Both the position numbers and the translations under genes were made by a program. The notes under the pieces were generated by a model. The model did no database searches, was not told the DNA's origin, and was given only the letters and a program-made list of their open reading frames with translations. Below, piece by piece: positions 54,001-64,000 of a DNA stretch of 64,000 nt (its first letter is position 1; every line of letters begins with the position of its first letter). The stretch lies in NCBI GenBank assembly GCA_000004985.1, contig GG738885.1; one strand, given 5' to 3'. Origin of the DNA: Naegleria gruberi. Lineage: Eukaryota.

Positions 54001-54332
54001 ATACTATTCATAAATTGACTTTTCGTGAATAATTCAATTCTTTTCTCTGTAAATTTCTTTTTAAATTTAATAAAAAGTTTTGAACGTTCCTTGATCACAT
54101 TAAAGAATTGTTTTGAAATCAAGGAACAATTATTCAAAATAAACCACGAATCATCAATCATGGAAATTATTTCAAAACAAATATCATCGGAAAATATTTC
54201 TTCTCGTTGGAGCGACACTAGTTTTTTCTTTTTTGCCTTCTCCTCCATGTTATTATTATTATGATTGATCACGAGTAGCAGTTCCTCCGAAGTTTTTAGC
54301 TTTTCGAAATCTTGTCTGTTTCGTTTGCTCAT
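53316..54332 (-). CDS. F-box-like / RNI-type leucine-rich-repeat protein (intact copy)
   Basis: A 338-aa ORF. It has an F-box-like segment (DDICFEIISMIDDSWFILNNCSLISKQFFNVIK). It is followed by eight near-perfect 28-aa repeats (xEMKQLTSLDISNNRIGDEGVKFISE). The C-terminus, ...LDIFKKNW, runs into the duplication junction, so the true 3' end is uncertain. Confidence 0.55.
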   Translation of the reverse strand: MSKRNRQDFEKLKTSEELLLVINHNNNNMEEKAKKKKLVSLQREEIFSDDICFEIISMIDDSWFILNNCSLISKQFFNVIKERSKLFIKFKKKFTEKRIELFTKSQFMNSIVNVKFSKRLFDSIEKPTFITEMKQLTSLDISNNRIGDEGVKFISEMKQLISLGIYNNGIGDEGVKSIIEMKRLTSLGIGGNQIGDEGAKSISEMKQLTSLDINNNQTGDEGVKFICEMKQLTSLTIYNNRIGDEGAKSISEMKQLTSLNISENRIGDEGAIFISELKQLTSLDICYNRIGDKEAKFICEMKQLKSLDIGGNQIGDEGVKFISEMTRLTSLDIFKKNW

Positions 54333-54556
54333 TTTTTTGTTTGTTAATTTTCATCAGATGCTTACAAAAAAACTGATTCATATTATTAATATTGTAAAAC
54401 CAAGAAGAAAAATAATACTTTGAATTTCGTTGCTGAATCTCATTAGACATGAACTTGCTTTTTGTAAAAAAATCAAAAAAAAAAATGTCAAGAACACTCT
54501 ACATTGCTAATACCCTTCAGTTTGATAGTGAGTTTTTTAAATCAAATTTTTAGATC

Positions 54557-55513
54557 ATGATGATGACGATGATCAACAAAATAGATTTTGTTTCATACAC
54601 TTATACTGATAAATTTGTCAGATTAGAGATTGATGGTAAATCTTCCTTTGCTTTTAGTAATATTATCGGAGGAGATAAGAGTATATTCTTTGTTTGTGCA
54701 TCTTCTAATAGACTGGTCGAGATCAATGCTAAAGAATTTATTAGGCATAAAACACACAATACAGTAAAAACACCTATTACTTTGATTGATCACGATAAAG
54801 ATAATAGAATAGAAATGACAAAGATTGAATACCCAAATTTGATGGAGGACTCTATTGTTTATAATATTCAATATGTTATGGGAAAGGATTATGTGTATTT
54901 AGTGGACAAAAAAGATGGGAATGTTGGATCTTTTTCTCTCACTACAGGTCAATTATTAGTTAACAATTATTCAGATCATAGAGGAATCAGAAAGTTTATC
55001 GCTGGACCTCTTTCTTCTTGTCATGTCGTGCTGACCTATGACGGAACTATTTTTGAGAATGGAAAGGAGGTTGTTTTTTTTTCTACTGATCCACAACCGA
55101 ATATTTTGAGAGCTGCATGTTGTGGAAGAGGATCAATTCTGGCTTCTTCTCATGATCTTTATGCAAGAGGAGGCGATAATGTATTCTTTGTGTTTTCAGA
55201 AAAGTTTGGAGACTACAATCAAAATGTTTCATCAACACAGTTTGTGCATATTGCTAAATTTGAACACGAAATTAGAGATATCCAATGTGGATACTTTCAT
55301 ACTGTGGTTCTTTTGCAGAATAATGAATTATTTGCATGTGGCTACAATTGTTTGAATCAAGCCACTTGGGATAATTCCAGTGGTGAGATTAAACAATTTA
55401 CCAAAATTCAATACTCATTCGGTTATATTGAGAGATTTGGATGTTCCTCAAGAGGTACTTGGGTTGTTAGTGGTGAGTATTTTGTTCTTCTTTTGCTAAT
55501 CTTTTTAAGGTGA
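54557..55513 (+). CDS. RCC1-like repeat protein (divergent)
   Basis: A 318-aa ORF with weak RCC1-blade motifs (CGRGSILASSHDLYARGG; CGYFHTVVLLQNNELFACGYN). A GTGAGT..TTTAAG interval of only 37 nt (55473..55509) would join it in frame to ORF 55524..55751. That is shorter than any other intron here, so the 3' structure is unresolved. Confidence 0.35.
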   Translation: MMMTMINKIDFVSYTYTDKFVRLEIDGKSSFAFSNIIGGDKSIFFVCASSNRLVEINAKEFIRHKTHNTVKTPITLIDHDKDNRIEMTKIEYPNLMEDSIVYNIQYVMGKDYVYLVDKKDGNVGSFSLTTGQLLVNNYSDHRGIRKFIAGPLSSCHVVLTYDGTIFENGKEVVFFSTDPQPNILRAACCGRGSILASSHDLYARGGDNVFFVFSEKFGDYNQNVSSTQFVHIAKFEHEIRDIQCGYFHTVVLLQNNELFACGYNCLNQATWDNSSGEIKQFTKIQYSFGYIERFGCSSRGTWVVSGEYFVLLLLIFLR

Positions 55514-55912
55514 TGAGGTTACAATGGTAGGAGAGGTTGTTGAACATTTTACAACTTTAGTTTCAAATACAGTTGTTCCAAAAATCATAAAGTTTCATCT
55601 GGAGGGCTTTGCTTGTGATACATTGACGAATTGTGGATGGCACTACGTAATGTACAAGCAAAACTCAAAGAAGAGTAACTATTTCAAAGAAAGACTTCAT
55701 ACCATGGTTGACTCGGAACGAATTTCTGACCTTGATTTCATTTACCAATAATTTATGTAAAATCATATTTTTAACTTAATGCCTGTGTAACCATTAATAT
55801 GGTCATTATCCTTCCTTTTGTTACATCCACTAACTCTACCATCCTAAACTGGAATCCATGTCACAGTTAAATCTGATTTGACTTGCAATACCACCGCTCT
55901 TCAACAAAAAAA

Positions 55913-57202
55913 ATGCCAAAACAACAAACAACCAAGAAAACCACAACCAATATCACTGAATCAAAGCAAGCCAAGACAAATATCTTGTTAGCACAGAATG
56001 AATTCTCTTCTGCCCTTTTCTCCCAAGTTGTCGATGAGAGTGCAGTAGATTCCAATGTAATTATTTCTCCATTTTCTATTTACCTGGCCATGATTAATTG
56101 CATGATGGCAACTGGAGGAAATACATTGAAGGAAATGATAAACGGTTTATTCCTTAAGGATAGTTTCGACAGTTGTAAGATGAACGATTTCAATGAACAG
56201 TTCCAACAATGGAAGGAAAGTGAATTGAAGCAGTACTCTACAATGATCAAGAAGATTGTTCAAAATCAGGATGTTTTATCAATTGCAAACAGAATTTATG
56301 TTGAAAAGTCTGTCGATATTAAGAGCGAATTTATTCAAGAATTAGAAGATCAATTTGATTCTGAAACTCAGTTGGCTAATTTCAAGAATGGTACCAAATC
56401 AGAAGTTTCAAAAATTAACAATTGGGTTGCTTCCATCACAAAGAATTCCATTAGAAATTTGATTACTGAACTTGACAAGGAAACACTCATGGTTCTTGTA
56501 AATGCCATCTACTTTAATGGTAAATGGAAGCATCAATTTCTTAAGAATAGAACTGTGGAAACTGCATTCAGAACTGTCAAAGATCCAGAGGGTGACTCAA
56601 CCAATTGCCAAATGATGAGTTTGGAAGATTGTAAAAGTAATTTTTATTTTGAAGAAATAGAAGATTGTCACATTTTAAAATTACCATACACAGACGAAGA
56701 TTATTGTATGCTCATTATCAAACCAGATGATTCCATTGATGTAGACGAGGAAAATGAAATTAGCTTCAACAAATGGATCAATTCAAAATTAACTGATATT
56801 ACCCAAATCTATCCTAAAGAAATGGTAAAGATGAGAAAGATTAGAATTCCTAAATTCAAATTTGAAAAGCAATTCGCCAACATTATTTCCAAAATGTCAG
56901 GCAACCCATTCAATATCAAGTCCTTATTCAATTCTAACACAGCTGATTTTTCCAACATGCTCTCTAATCCAAACACTGATGGAATCTATGTAGATCAAAT
57001 AATTCACAAGGCATGCATTGAAGTGGACGAATGTGGAACTGTTGCAAGTGCAGCAACTGCCATCTCAGCCAGAAAAAAGAGTAAATCTAGCTCTTCTGAA
57101 AAGGTATACGAATTTATTGCAGATAGACCTTTTGCATTCGTATTGAACCACATTCCTACCCAAAGTGTTCTCTTTGTTGGTAAAATTAATCAAATAAATT
57201 AA
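55913..57202 (+). CDS. Serpin (serine protease inhibitor), no signal peptide (intracellular-type)
   Basis: It has the serpin breach/shutter motifs LMVLVNAIYFNGKWKHQF, the hinge plus reactive-centre loop EVDECGTVASAATAISARKKSKSSSS, and the C-terminal signature FIADRPFAFVL. The first ATG is at 55913; the track start at 55883 is TTG. The N-terminus is basic and hydrophilic, not a signal peptide. Confidence 0.8.
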   Translation: MPKQQTTKKTTTNITESKQAKTNILLAQNEFSSALFSQVVDESAVDSNVIISPFSIYLAMINCMMATGGNTLKEMINGLFLKDSFDSCKMNDFNEQFQQWKESELKQYSTMIKKIVQNQDVLSIANRIYVEKSVDIKSEFIQELEDQFDSETQLANFKNGTKSEVSKINNWVASITKNSIRNLITELDKETLMVLVNAIYFNGKWKHQFLKNRTVETAFRTVKDPEGDSTNCQMMSLEDCKSNFYFEEIEDCHILKLPYTDEDYCMLIIKPDDSIDVDEENEISFNKWINSKLTDITQIYPKEMVKMRKIRIPKFKFEKQFANIISKMSGNPFNIKSLFNSNTADFSNMLSNPNTDGIYVDQIIHKACIEVDECGTVASAATAISARKKSKSSSSEKVYEFIADRPFAFVLNHIPTQSVLFVGKINQIN

Positions 57203-57240
57203 TAGAATTCTCATTGTTAAATTGAGTATATTTGATAAAG

Positions 57241-58889
57241 TTATAAAATGATAACTTCTTGTGGTGGAGGCGTTAAAGGCTTTGGATTATTTACAATTAT
57301 TGAAATATCTGTGTAAAAATCTGTAACTAATCTACGCTTCATTCTAGCAAATGTCCAAGCTAGCCTAGTATTCTCTTTCTTAGTGAGATAAATGCTACGA
57401 GATTTAGAGCTAGTAAATAATTGATAAGAAAAGGAAGGGTTTTGTAGAAAAGAGTTGGGCAAGAGAATTCTATGAGGTACAGAAATGTCTCCCTCAATCT
57501 TTTCACAATAACTTGAACCAGTGATGTAAAAGTGTCCCTTTTTGGTTCCAAATACAGAACATGCTCTTCCTGCATGAATTGAAGTAATGAGCTCGTTAAC
57601 AGTGTTAATTCTTGTAGGCATATTCCTATCGGAATAATCTCCTAATCCTAATTGGCCATGCTTGTTTCTTCCTGAACAATAAAGCTGATTATTCCTAGTA
57701 AGGAAAAGAGTATGATTCCATCCACAAGCAATCATTGAAATGGATTGGTTGGAAAAGTGCTTCTTATCGATCAGAGTAATATCTGACCTCGATTTAAAGT
57801 CTTGTAACCCAAGTTGACCATAAGAATTCCTTCCACATGCAAAAACTTGTCCTAATTTTGTCAGAAATACAGAATGCAACTCGCCACAAGATGCAAATAT
57901 AACATAATCATTACTCTCCACCAATTCATCAAAGAATGTCAGTCTACTTGGTATTTTTATATCAACATCTCCATACATTTCTCCACAGAAATAGACCTTG
58001 TTGGTTCTTGTTATCATGATGGTATGATACGATCCACAAGCAAGTAGTTTGACCTTCTCATCAATTCTCGTCTTGGAAAGTGTGTTTACTCTACAATAGT
58101 CCTCTCCCAAATAATTTTCATCATTGACACATCCAATCTGTCCATAAATATTATATCCTAATTAGCCAGTTGCATGAATTTTGTAATAATATTAGACCAA
58201 AACCAATGTTCCACCAACAACTTACCCACTCCATACACCTGTCCATCTTTTGTCAATATCATACTATTTCTTTTACCACAAGCAATGTCTTTAATTTCTA
58301 AATCTTCCAAACAAAATTTCAAAATGTGTTTGTATACAGTAGAGTGTACAGTGCTACTAATATTCAATTGAGAATCAGCATTCTTTCCAATTGCAAATAT
58401 CCTATTCTTACTTGTTAAAATTAGAGTATGCCAAGATCCAGATTCAATCTTTTCAATATTTTCATCAATATCCAATACAGTAGACTTGATACTTTTCACT
58501 TGATGATCAATATTATTCATGCACAAGACTCCACCTTTACAGAATGCATTCATCCTATTGTTTTTGTGAGGGATCTTTACAAAGTGATCAATTTGCTCTG
58601 TTTCTTCTTGTTGTTGCAACTGGGAATCAACAATTAAAACATGTTCTTCAACAAATTCATCACCATACACAAATAATTCATTGGTTCTTAAAGGCTTTCT
58701 CTGTAAAATCTTGATCAACTTGTCATCATCAAGCACAGTTTCGGAACAATTAATTTCCTCATTAAATAATAGCAAGGAACCACTACTAGATGAATGTTGA
58801 TGATTACTACTACTAGTAGTATTATGATTATTATTAATTAATAGAAAGGGAACAACAGTCGTATCATCATCATAAATAATTTGCGTCAT
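57241..58889 (-). CDS. RCC1-repeat protein
   Basis: Two exons on the minus strand, 58226..58889 and 57241..58157. The intron 58158..58225 runs GTAAGT..AATTAG and is phase 1. Splicing joins ...KDGQVYGVG|GYNIYGQIGCVNDENYLGEDYC.... Repeated blades include CGSYHTIMITRTNKVYFCGE, CGELHSVFLTKLGQVFACGRNSYGQLGL, CGWNHTLFLTRNNQLYCSGRNKHGQLGLGD and GSWHTLILTSKNRIFAIGKNADSQL. Confidence 0.65.
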
Positions 58890-59087
58890 GGATGATGATA
58901 ATTTGGAACTAAATCACGGAATATTATCGGTTGTTACTTGTAAATAATTCAAGTCCTTTCGGGACATTAAATTTGTTGCTTTTGGTGTTGTTGGATTTTT
59001 TTGATTTTTTTAAAATACAAAAAATAATATTAAATTATTTAAAAAATTAGTTTTAAATATTGTAAATTAATAAATAGAGAAATGATT

Positions 59088-60729
59088 CTAAATCAATAGA
59101 GCAGTTGGTTTTTTCTTCTTTTCACAATCAACTGGTGCAACAAATTTTTCCAAAATAAAAAAGGCAATCAAGCAAGCAACATAGGAGCAAGCAATAATAA
59201 TTTGAATCGTATTTACAGTGAGATAAATTCCACAGAAAAATCCAACAGCTGATGATAGAGATTGAGTCATCTTGAATGCTGCAAAGGCCTCAGCAGTATT
59301 CTTCTTCTTGTAGTAATTCTTACTTCCCAATATTCCATAAATTGTGTTTGTGAGGAAACTATCTGAAAGTCCAAATAAGGCCATATTCACAAAGAATAAC
59401 AAATAAATTGGTGCATTAAAGCTTTCATCCAATTTGTTATCCTTCAATTCCTTTCCCCAATAGACCATTTGAGAACTAAGGGCAATTGCAATACAATAAA
59501 TAACCAGAGTAAAGATCATGGTCACTCGTTTTCCAATCTTGTCAAGCATTTTACCAGAAATTAAAGCACCAGACACTTGAGTAATACCAAACATTATCAT
59601 GACCCATCCCAACATTGTTTTACCAACAATAGGTGGTAAACTGCCAGTAAAGTATGAAGATCCAAATCCACTGTGGAATGAAATGACACTAAAGACCAAC
59701 ATTTTAGGAGAAACCAACACCAGAATGGATTCTTTCAATAGAGCTACAAATTGCTTTGCCTGGCCAGATAATTCCTCAGTGAAATATACCTTAATTTTGT
59801 GAATAATCTTGTTAAAGTAAGATCCACCAATAGCTCCATAAGTTGGTTCATCTGTTGGTGCTTTTTCTTCATCTATATCCTCAACTTCGCTCTTCGATAT
59901 TGGTCTAATAGCAAGCATTAAACCAACACCCACAACAGCAATAATTGACAAGATGAGAAACAGTTGAAAATTAGACATTCCAGCTCCAAACAAAGCTCCA
60001 GCAAGAGAATTTCCAAAAATTGAATTCAATTGAAAAATTGCAAAGAAAACTCCAGAAAACAAGCCCATAACTTCCACACTCTTTTTTCCACTTTCATCAT
60101 TCGATTGAGATTTCTTCACCTTATTCTGTGCAACAACTGCACTTTGTGTAATCATTGTTCCTTGAGCACACCATACTATTCGATGAATTTGAATCATTGA
60201 AATTCATTTACCACCAAAACAATTACTTACCCATAGCTGCACCAAATCCATTCACAACTGATGCCGAATAGAACAAGACTGTCGACTCAAATCCAGCAGC
60301 AAACACAAACAAACAATAACACAAAGCTCCTATAATGCATGCATACTTTGGAGTCAATAATTGACAAAAGGAAGGAGCAAAGAAATTGGAAAATGCAAAT
60401 ACTGCATACAATATCGAGAGTGACACAAATCCCTCCGACTTTCTCACAGTAGTAACAAATGATTGTGTTGTACCAAAGGCTGCAAATAACAAAAAGAAGG
60501 AAAATCCAAGAATGACCACATTGAAGAATCCCTTATTTAAAAACGAAGGTCCCAATACTTGTTTTAAAAATCCAAACTTTTGTGAATTCATCTTCTTATA
60601 ACTCGAATCTTTTGTTACTAATGAAATTTCCACTACAACTTCTTCGGAAGGTGGATCATCACCATCATTATTGGTACTTCCTCTCCTCGGTGAGTGTATC
60701 ACCATATGTAATGGTTTATCTTCATCCAT
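59088..60729 (-). CDS. Major-facilitator-superfamily transporter, UNC-93/MFSD11-like
   Basis: Two exons on the minus strand, 60231..60729 and 59088..60175. The intron 60176..60224 (49 nt) runs GTAAGT..AATAG and is phase 1. The protein has 11-12 TM helices (FFNVVILGFSFFLLFAAFG..., GFGAAMG|VWCAQGT..., FQLFLILSIIAVVGVGLMLAI...) and a cytoplasmic loop between the two 6-helix halves. Confidence 0.55.
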
Positions 60730-61070
60730 ATTATTATTACTATTATTAATTGTTATCCAAAATATATATTAAAATATATATAATAATTTAAATGAATTTA
60801 TGTGAAGCTGAACGTTCAGACAACAAGTAACAGGACGACAGTGCTGTTTGCTTTTTCTTTTTTTTGATGATTTTCCTTGGATTTGCTAAACAAGCATGTC
60901 GGAGAGCGGGAAAATGAACCGTTGAATTGTCATAATATTTTGTAAACTGTGTATCAATTTGTTAGTGTTGCCAAAGGTAGAATGGGAAGAACAAGTTCAA
61001 TAGATGATATTTCAACTGAAATGTTTAAATAATAGAATATCTTTAAAAAAAATACGAAACTTTGAGCAAG

Positions 61071-62147
61071 ATGGGTTTGATGGAAAAATTCAAGATTAAA
61101 TCGAGTAAAGATGATGATGATAATTCCATCAAATTACCTCCAATTAATAGCAATAATTATTCTAATACTAATTTTCGAATAATTCCTGAGGAAAGTTCTT
61201 TAAACAATGTCAAGAATTTGAAGAATACAAAAGTAATCAAGATTGAAAATTCAAAACTCATGATGAAAACAATGCAAATTGTGCAAGATTCAATTTTTGA
61301 TTTTCTTACCATTGTCGATTTGATTCAAATTGAATCGGCTTGTCATGCTTTTAATGAGATGGTAGTTTCGTATTTTGAAAGTAGAAATGCTGTTTGGTGG
61401 GCAAGAGCTTGGCAAATTCACTTTCTTAATGAAATGGACAAGGAGATTGATTCTAATTATCAATCGGTTATTGGAACTATCAATTCGAGAACTGAAAATA
61501 CCTCAACACGAAATACTTATACTGCCAGTAGAAATTCAATTGAGGAAATTGAAAATAATTATCCATTTGTGTATTCAAATAATCAAAACGAAACAACTGA
61601 CGATACAAATGACGAACCAAATGATGAATATTACGGACAAAGGAATTATACTGAACTAGTCATTGATTCCAAACAGCAAATTGATCAATTATTCGAAAAT
61701 GGAGGATTCATCCAAGATGCCACTCATTTAAAATACTCATCCAGTGGTAAGAGTGGCTCAGCAGATGGCATATTCTCAATTCCTCTCATCAACTTGATTG
61801 ATTTTAAAGAAAATATTCCTTCACACTCCTTCTCCCAACGAGAAAAACACGAAAGATCACCAATTGTTCTGACAATTGAATCTTTTTTAAGGAAATTCTT
61901 CAAATTACTTTTGAATAATTGGTGGCTCGCCTCCAGAAATCAAAAATCAAAAAATCAAAACACAAATGAAGAACAACTCATTCTCACAAATTCACACATC
62001 TCACGAAAGCAACAGAGAGGTTACGATAAATATGGACCTGTCTACAGTACAGAGAATATCAAGACATTTTCAATTAGGTATAGAGCACATAACACACCTG
62101 AAACTATTCTTTGCTCCCTCACTAATGTTTGTTCATACTATGGATAA
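61071..62147 (+). CDS. Hypothetical protein with F-box-like N-terminal motif
   Basis: The first ATG is at 61071; the track start at 61062 is TTG. The motif IQDSIFDFLTIVDLIQIESACHAFNEMV is F-box-like. The remainder is Asn/Ser-rich with no recognisable domain. Confidence 0.3.
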   Translation: MGLMEKFKIKSSKDDDDNSIKLPPINSNNYSNTNFRIIPEESSLNNVKNLKNTKVIKIENSKLMMKTMQIVQDSIFDFLTIVDLIQIESACHAFNEMVVSYFESRNAVWWARAWQIHFLNEMDKEIDSNYQSVIGTINSRTENTSTRNTYTASRNSIEEIENNYPFVYSNNQNETTDDTNDEPNDEYYGQRNYTELVIDSKQQIDQLFENGGFIQDATHLKYSSSGKSGSADGIFSIPLINLIDFKENIPSHSFSQREKHERSPIVLTIESFLRKFFKLLLNNWWLASRNQKSKNQNTNEEQLILTNSHISRKQQRGYDKYGPVYSTENIKTFSIRYRAHNTPETILCSLTNVCSYYG

Positions 62148-62441
62148 TGTAAATGAATAAGAAAGATTTGAATTTTTTATGTTACAATATGAAATTTCAA
62201 TACATACTTTGCTAAATTTCCCGATTTGCTCCAATCAATAGATTACAACATTGTTCAAGTAGTAAATCGGTTGTGTGACATTTCGAATAGTATCTTCCTT
62301 TACGCTAAATCGATTCTAGTTGACAGCAGTGATGTTTTATGTGTTCTAACTTGTTATTGATGAGAAAATGGATGGTTCCAGTTTGTAGATCTTTTCAAGT
62401 CATGACATCAGTCAACAATCAACAATTCAAACTTTAAAAAA

Positions 62442-64000
62442 ATGTACAATTGTGTGTTGAAAGGAAACTTTTATGTGTGGAATACTGATTTCGCAAAGGC
62501 TAAGGAGTATTTGAATGACAAGATTCATATTCCAAGAATGGCTATGGAATTGGCAACAATTCGTAAGTTTCTTCTACTTTCTTTTCTTTTCGAATAATGA
62601 AAGCTGCCTTCAGTTCTGGTATTTCTGGTGAAACTAATCAAAGAGAAGTTGCTTTCGAACAAATCGTAGCTGCTGAAAACAGTTTAAAGAAGGTCCATCG
62701 TCAAGATGACATTTTAAAAATGATTCATGACATTAAACAATATAATAAGGAACTTTATGACATGCCATCAACTTCCAGCAATTCAGAATTAGATGTTGCT
62801 GTCGATTTCTTTGATTCTGCAGATAAATCTCATCCAAATTACTGTCTTTTAGACGAAATGACAGAAGAACAACAACTTTCGAATTTTGAACTTGATCTGA
62901 AACTTGTCGATGCCGAAGCTCACTTAATTAGAGGTCTTTTACAATTCATGGATGGTTCCTATCTGAGAGGATTTTACAATTTCAGAAATTCCTATTTGAA
63001 ATTCAAAGAAGTTTACCACAAAATTGAAACTCTCAAAGATGAACCAAAAACTTCATCAAAATTTGTTCACAGTGATGTGATTTTCCCTTCCTATTTTGGA
63101 ATGGGTGTTTTCAACTTTTTAATTTCAGTTTTGCCTCCAACTTTGGCCTCCATTTTAAGTGTTTTGGGTTTTGATGCTGATAGGGAATTGGGTTTGAAAT
63201 TAATGACACAAGCTCAGGAATATGGTGGCAGAGGATTGGGAAATGCCAGTTTCATGTTGTGTATTAATTATTTGTTTGTTCCACGTGCATTGCAAGATCG
63301 TCAAGTGAATTTGAATTTGGTCAAGCCAATTCTTGATAAGATTTATAAGCAATATCCGAAAGGAGGTTTCTTTAAATGGGTTCTTTCACATTACGAGTTA
63401 AAGATTGGTGATTTGACAAATTCTGTCATTCACATTAAGGAAGCTGTTTCATTGTTGAAGGAAGCTATGGGTACCTCTCCAAATAATTACCTATTCGAAA
63501 CTGGTTTTACATTGGTCGTTGCCATGCAATTCGAGGAAGCTCAAGAGATATTGTACGAATTAATCAATAAGGAACATGCCAATGACTCCAAAGGTAATGC
63601 AGCTCTCATTTTGGCCGTTTGCAAATTGAAATGTGGAGATATCAAGGGAGCCAATGAAATTATTGACAACTTGTCAAAATATGTTCCAAAACAAAGCAAA
63701 TTCTCCAATGAAAAGATTGAAACTTTGAAATATGCCAAGAATGAAGAAGAAAGACATCTCATCCTGTACTTGAGTTTCTTCCAATTGATGTATTTGAGAA
63801 GAGATTTGGCCAACTTGAAACCAGAACATGCCAAGCCATTATATGAACTATTCCAAAAGACATGTCTCTCTAAAACTATCGATGAAAAATCCAAAGTTTA
63901 TCCAGATATCCAAGCTTGCTTATCAGTCATCAGAGCTCAATTCACCAAGATTTTGGATGATGCAGAGAAGAGTTTGCCAGAATTCCAAAATGCCATCGCC
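62442..64000 (+). CDS. TTC39 / IML2-family (DUF3808-like) helical-repeat protein, 3'-partial (runs off window end)
   Basis: It is not in the ORF track, presumably because it lacks an in-window stop. Exon 1 is 62442..62562 (MYNCVLKGNFYVWNTDF...MAMELATI). The intron 62563..62603 (41 nt) runs GTAAGT..AAAG and is phase 1. Exon 2 is open from 62604 to the window end (...LIRGLLQFMDGSYLRGFYNFRNSYLKFKEVY...MLCINYLFVPRAL...). The family call rests on remembered motif resemblance only. Confidence 0.4.

Noticed and set aside
52440-54050. Regular ~84-bp periodic repeats that superficially resemble a CRISPR-like array
   Set aside because: The context is eukaryotic. The unit length of 84 bp equals 28 codons. 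The units encode RNI-type leucine-rich repeats in frame on the minus strand. No spacer/repeat alternation is present.
55473-55509. Putative 37-nt intron joining ORF 54557..55513 to ORF 55524..55751
   Set aside because: It is GT..AG and restores the frame, but 37 nt is shorter than every other intron reconstructed here (at least 41 nt) and is likely below the spliceosomal limit. The 3' end of that gene is left unresolved.
1-64000. Search for tRNA genes, transposable elements and long terminal or inverted repeats
   Set aside because: I saw no tRNA-like T-loop/acceptor pattern (GGTTCGA/GTTCGAATC in tRNA context), no transposase, reverse-transcriptase or integrase-like ORF, and no LTR-like direct repeats. 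Their absence is by eye only. tRNAscan-SE and RepeatMasker would be decisive.

Overview
This is an AT-rich (about one-third GC), gene-dense eukaryotic nuclear segment with roughly 33 protein-coding genes and two small RNA genes in 64 kb. Spliceosomal introns are present: I could reconstruct about 20 canonical GT..AG introns by hand. They fall into two size classes, 41-51 nt and 68-250 nt, and the donors are almost all GTNNGT (GTAAGT, GTATGT, GTGAGT). Gene content and architecture fit an early-diverging fungus (Mucoromycota- or Glomeromycotina-like); that is an inference from content only, and I could run no database search.

In window order the plus-strand genes are:
- a 7TM receptor with a C-terminal RGS domain
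- Kelch-type propeller protein, paralog A
- a mitochondrial-type thioredoxin-TPR protein
- a large RhoGEF
- a self-sufficient P450-CPR fusion (CYP102/CYP505-like)
- an enoyl-CoA isomerase
- an SDR with an N-terminal Cys4 ribbon
- an AlkB-type 2OG oxygenase
- a GST
- Kelch paralog B
- a large F-box/LRR protein with a frame break
- a mitochondrial-clan P450 with four exons
- a type-II-membrane 2H phosphoesterase-like protein
- NF-YC/HAP5
- a 758-aa hypothetical protein
- a sensor-2TM-PAS-RGS membrane protein
- a small hypothetical protein
- a 5S rRNA gene, then a U2 snRNA gene 276 bp downstream
- an RCC1-like protein
- a serpin
- an F-box-like hypothetical protein
- a TTC39/IML2-like gene that runs off the window end

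The minus-strand genes are:
- a signal-peptide-bearing protein that is extremely Lys/Cys-rich and repetitive
- a fragmented F-box/LRR gene carrying an in-frame TAG
- an EamA/DMT transporter with three exons
- ornithine decarboxylase
- a BTB protein and an RCC1-repeat protein that may be one RCBTB-like gene
- ribosomal protein eS27
- a GT34-type Golgi glycosyltransferase
- an F-box/RNI-LRR gene followed by a roughly 0.9 kb frame-decayed duplicate of its own LRR array
- an RCC1 gene with two exons
- an UNC93-like MFS transporter with two exons

I recognise no mobile element, CRISPR array or tRNA. The most noteworthy items are the secreted Lys/Cys repeat protein, the serpin, the membrane-anchored 2H protein, the two RGS-domain membrane receptors, the 5S-U2 linkage with an altered U2 branch-site-pairing hexamer, and the decaying LRR tandem duplication.
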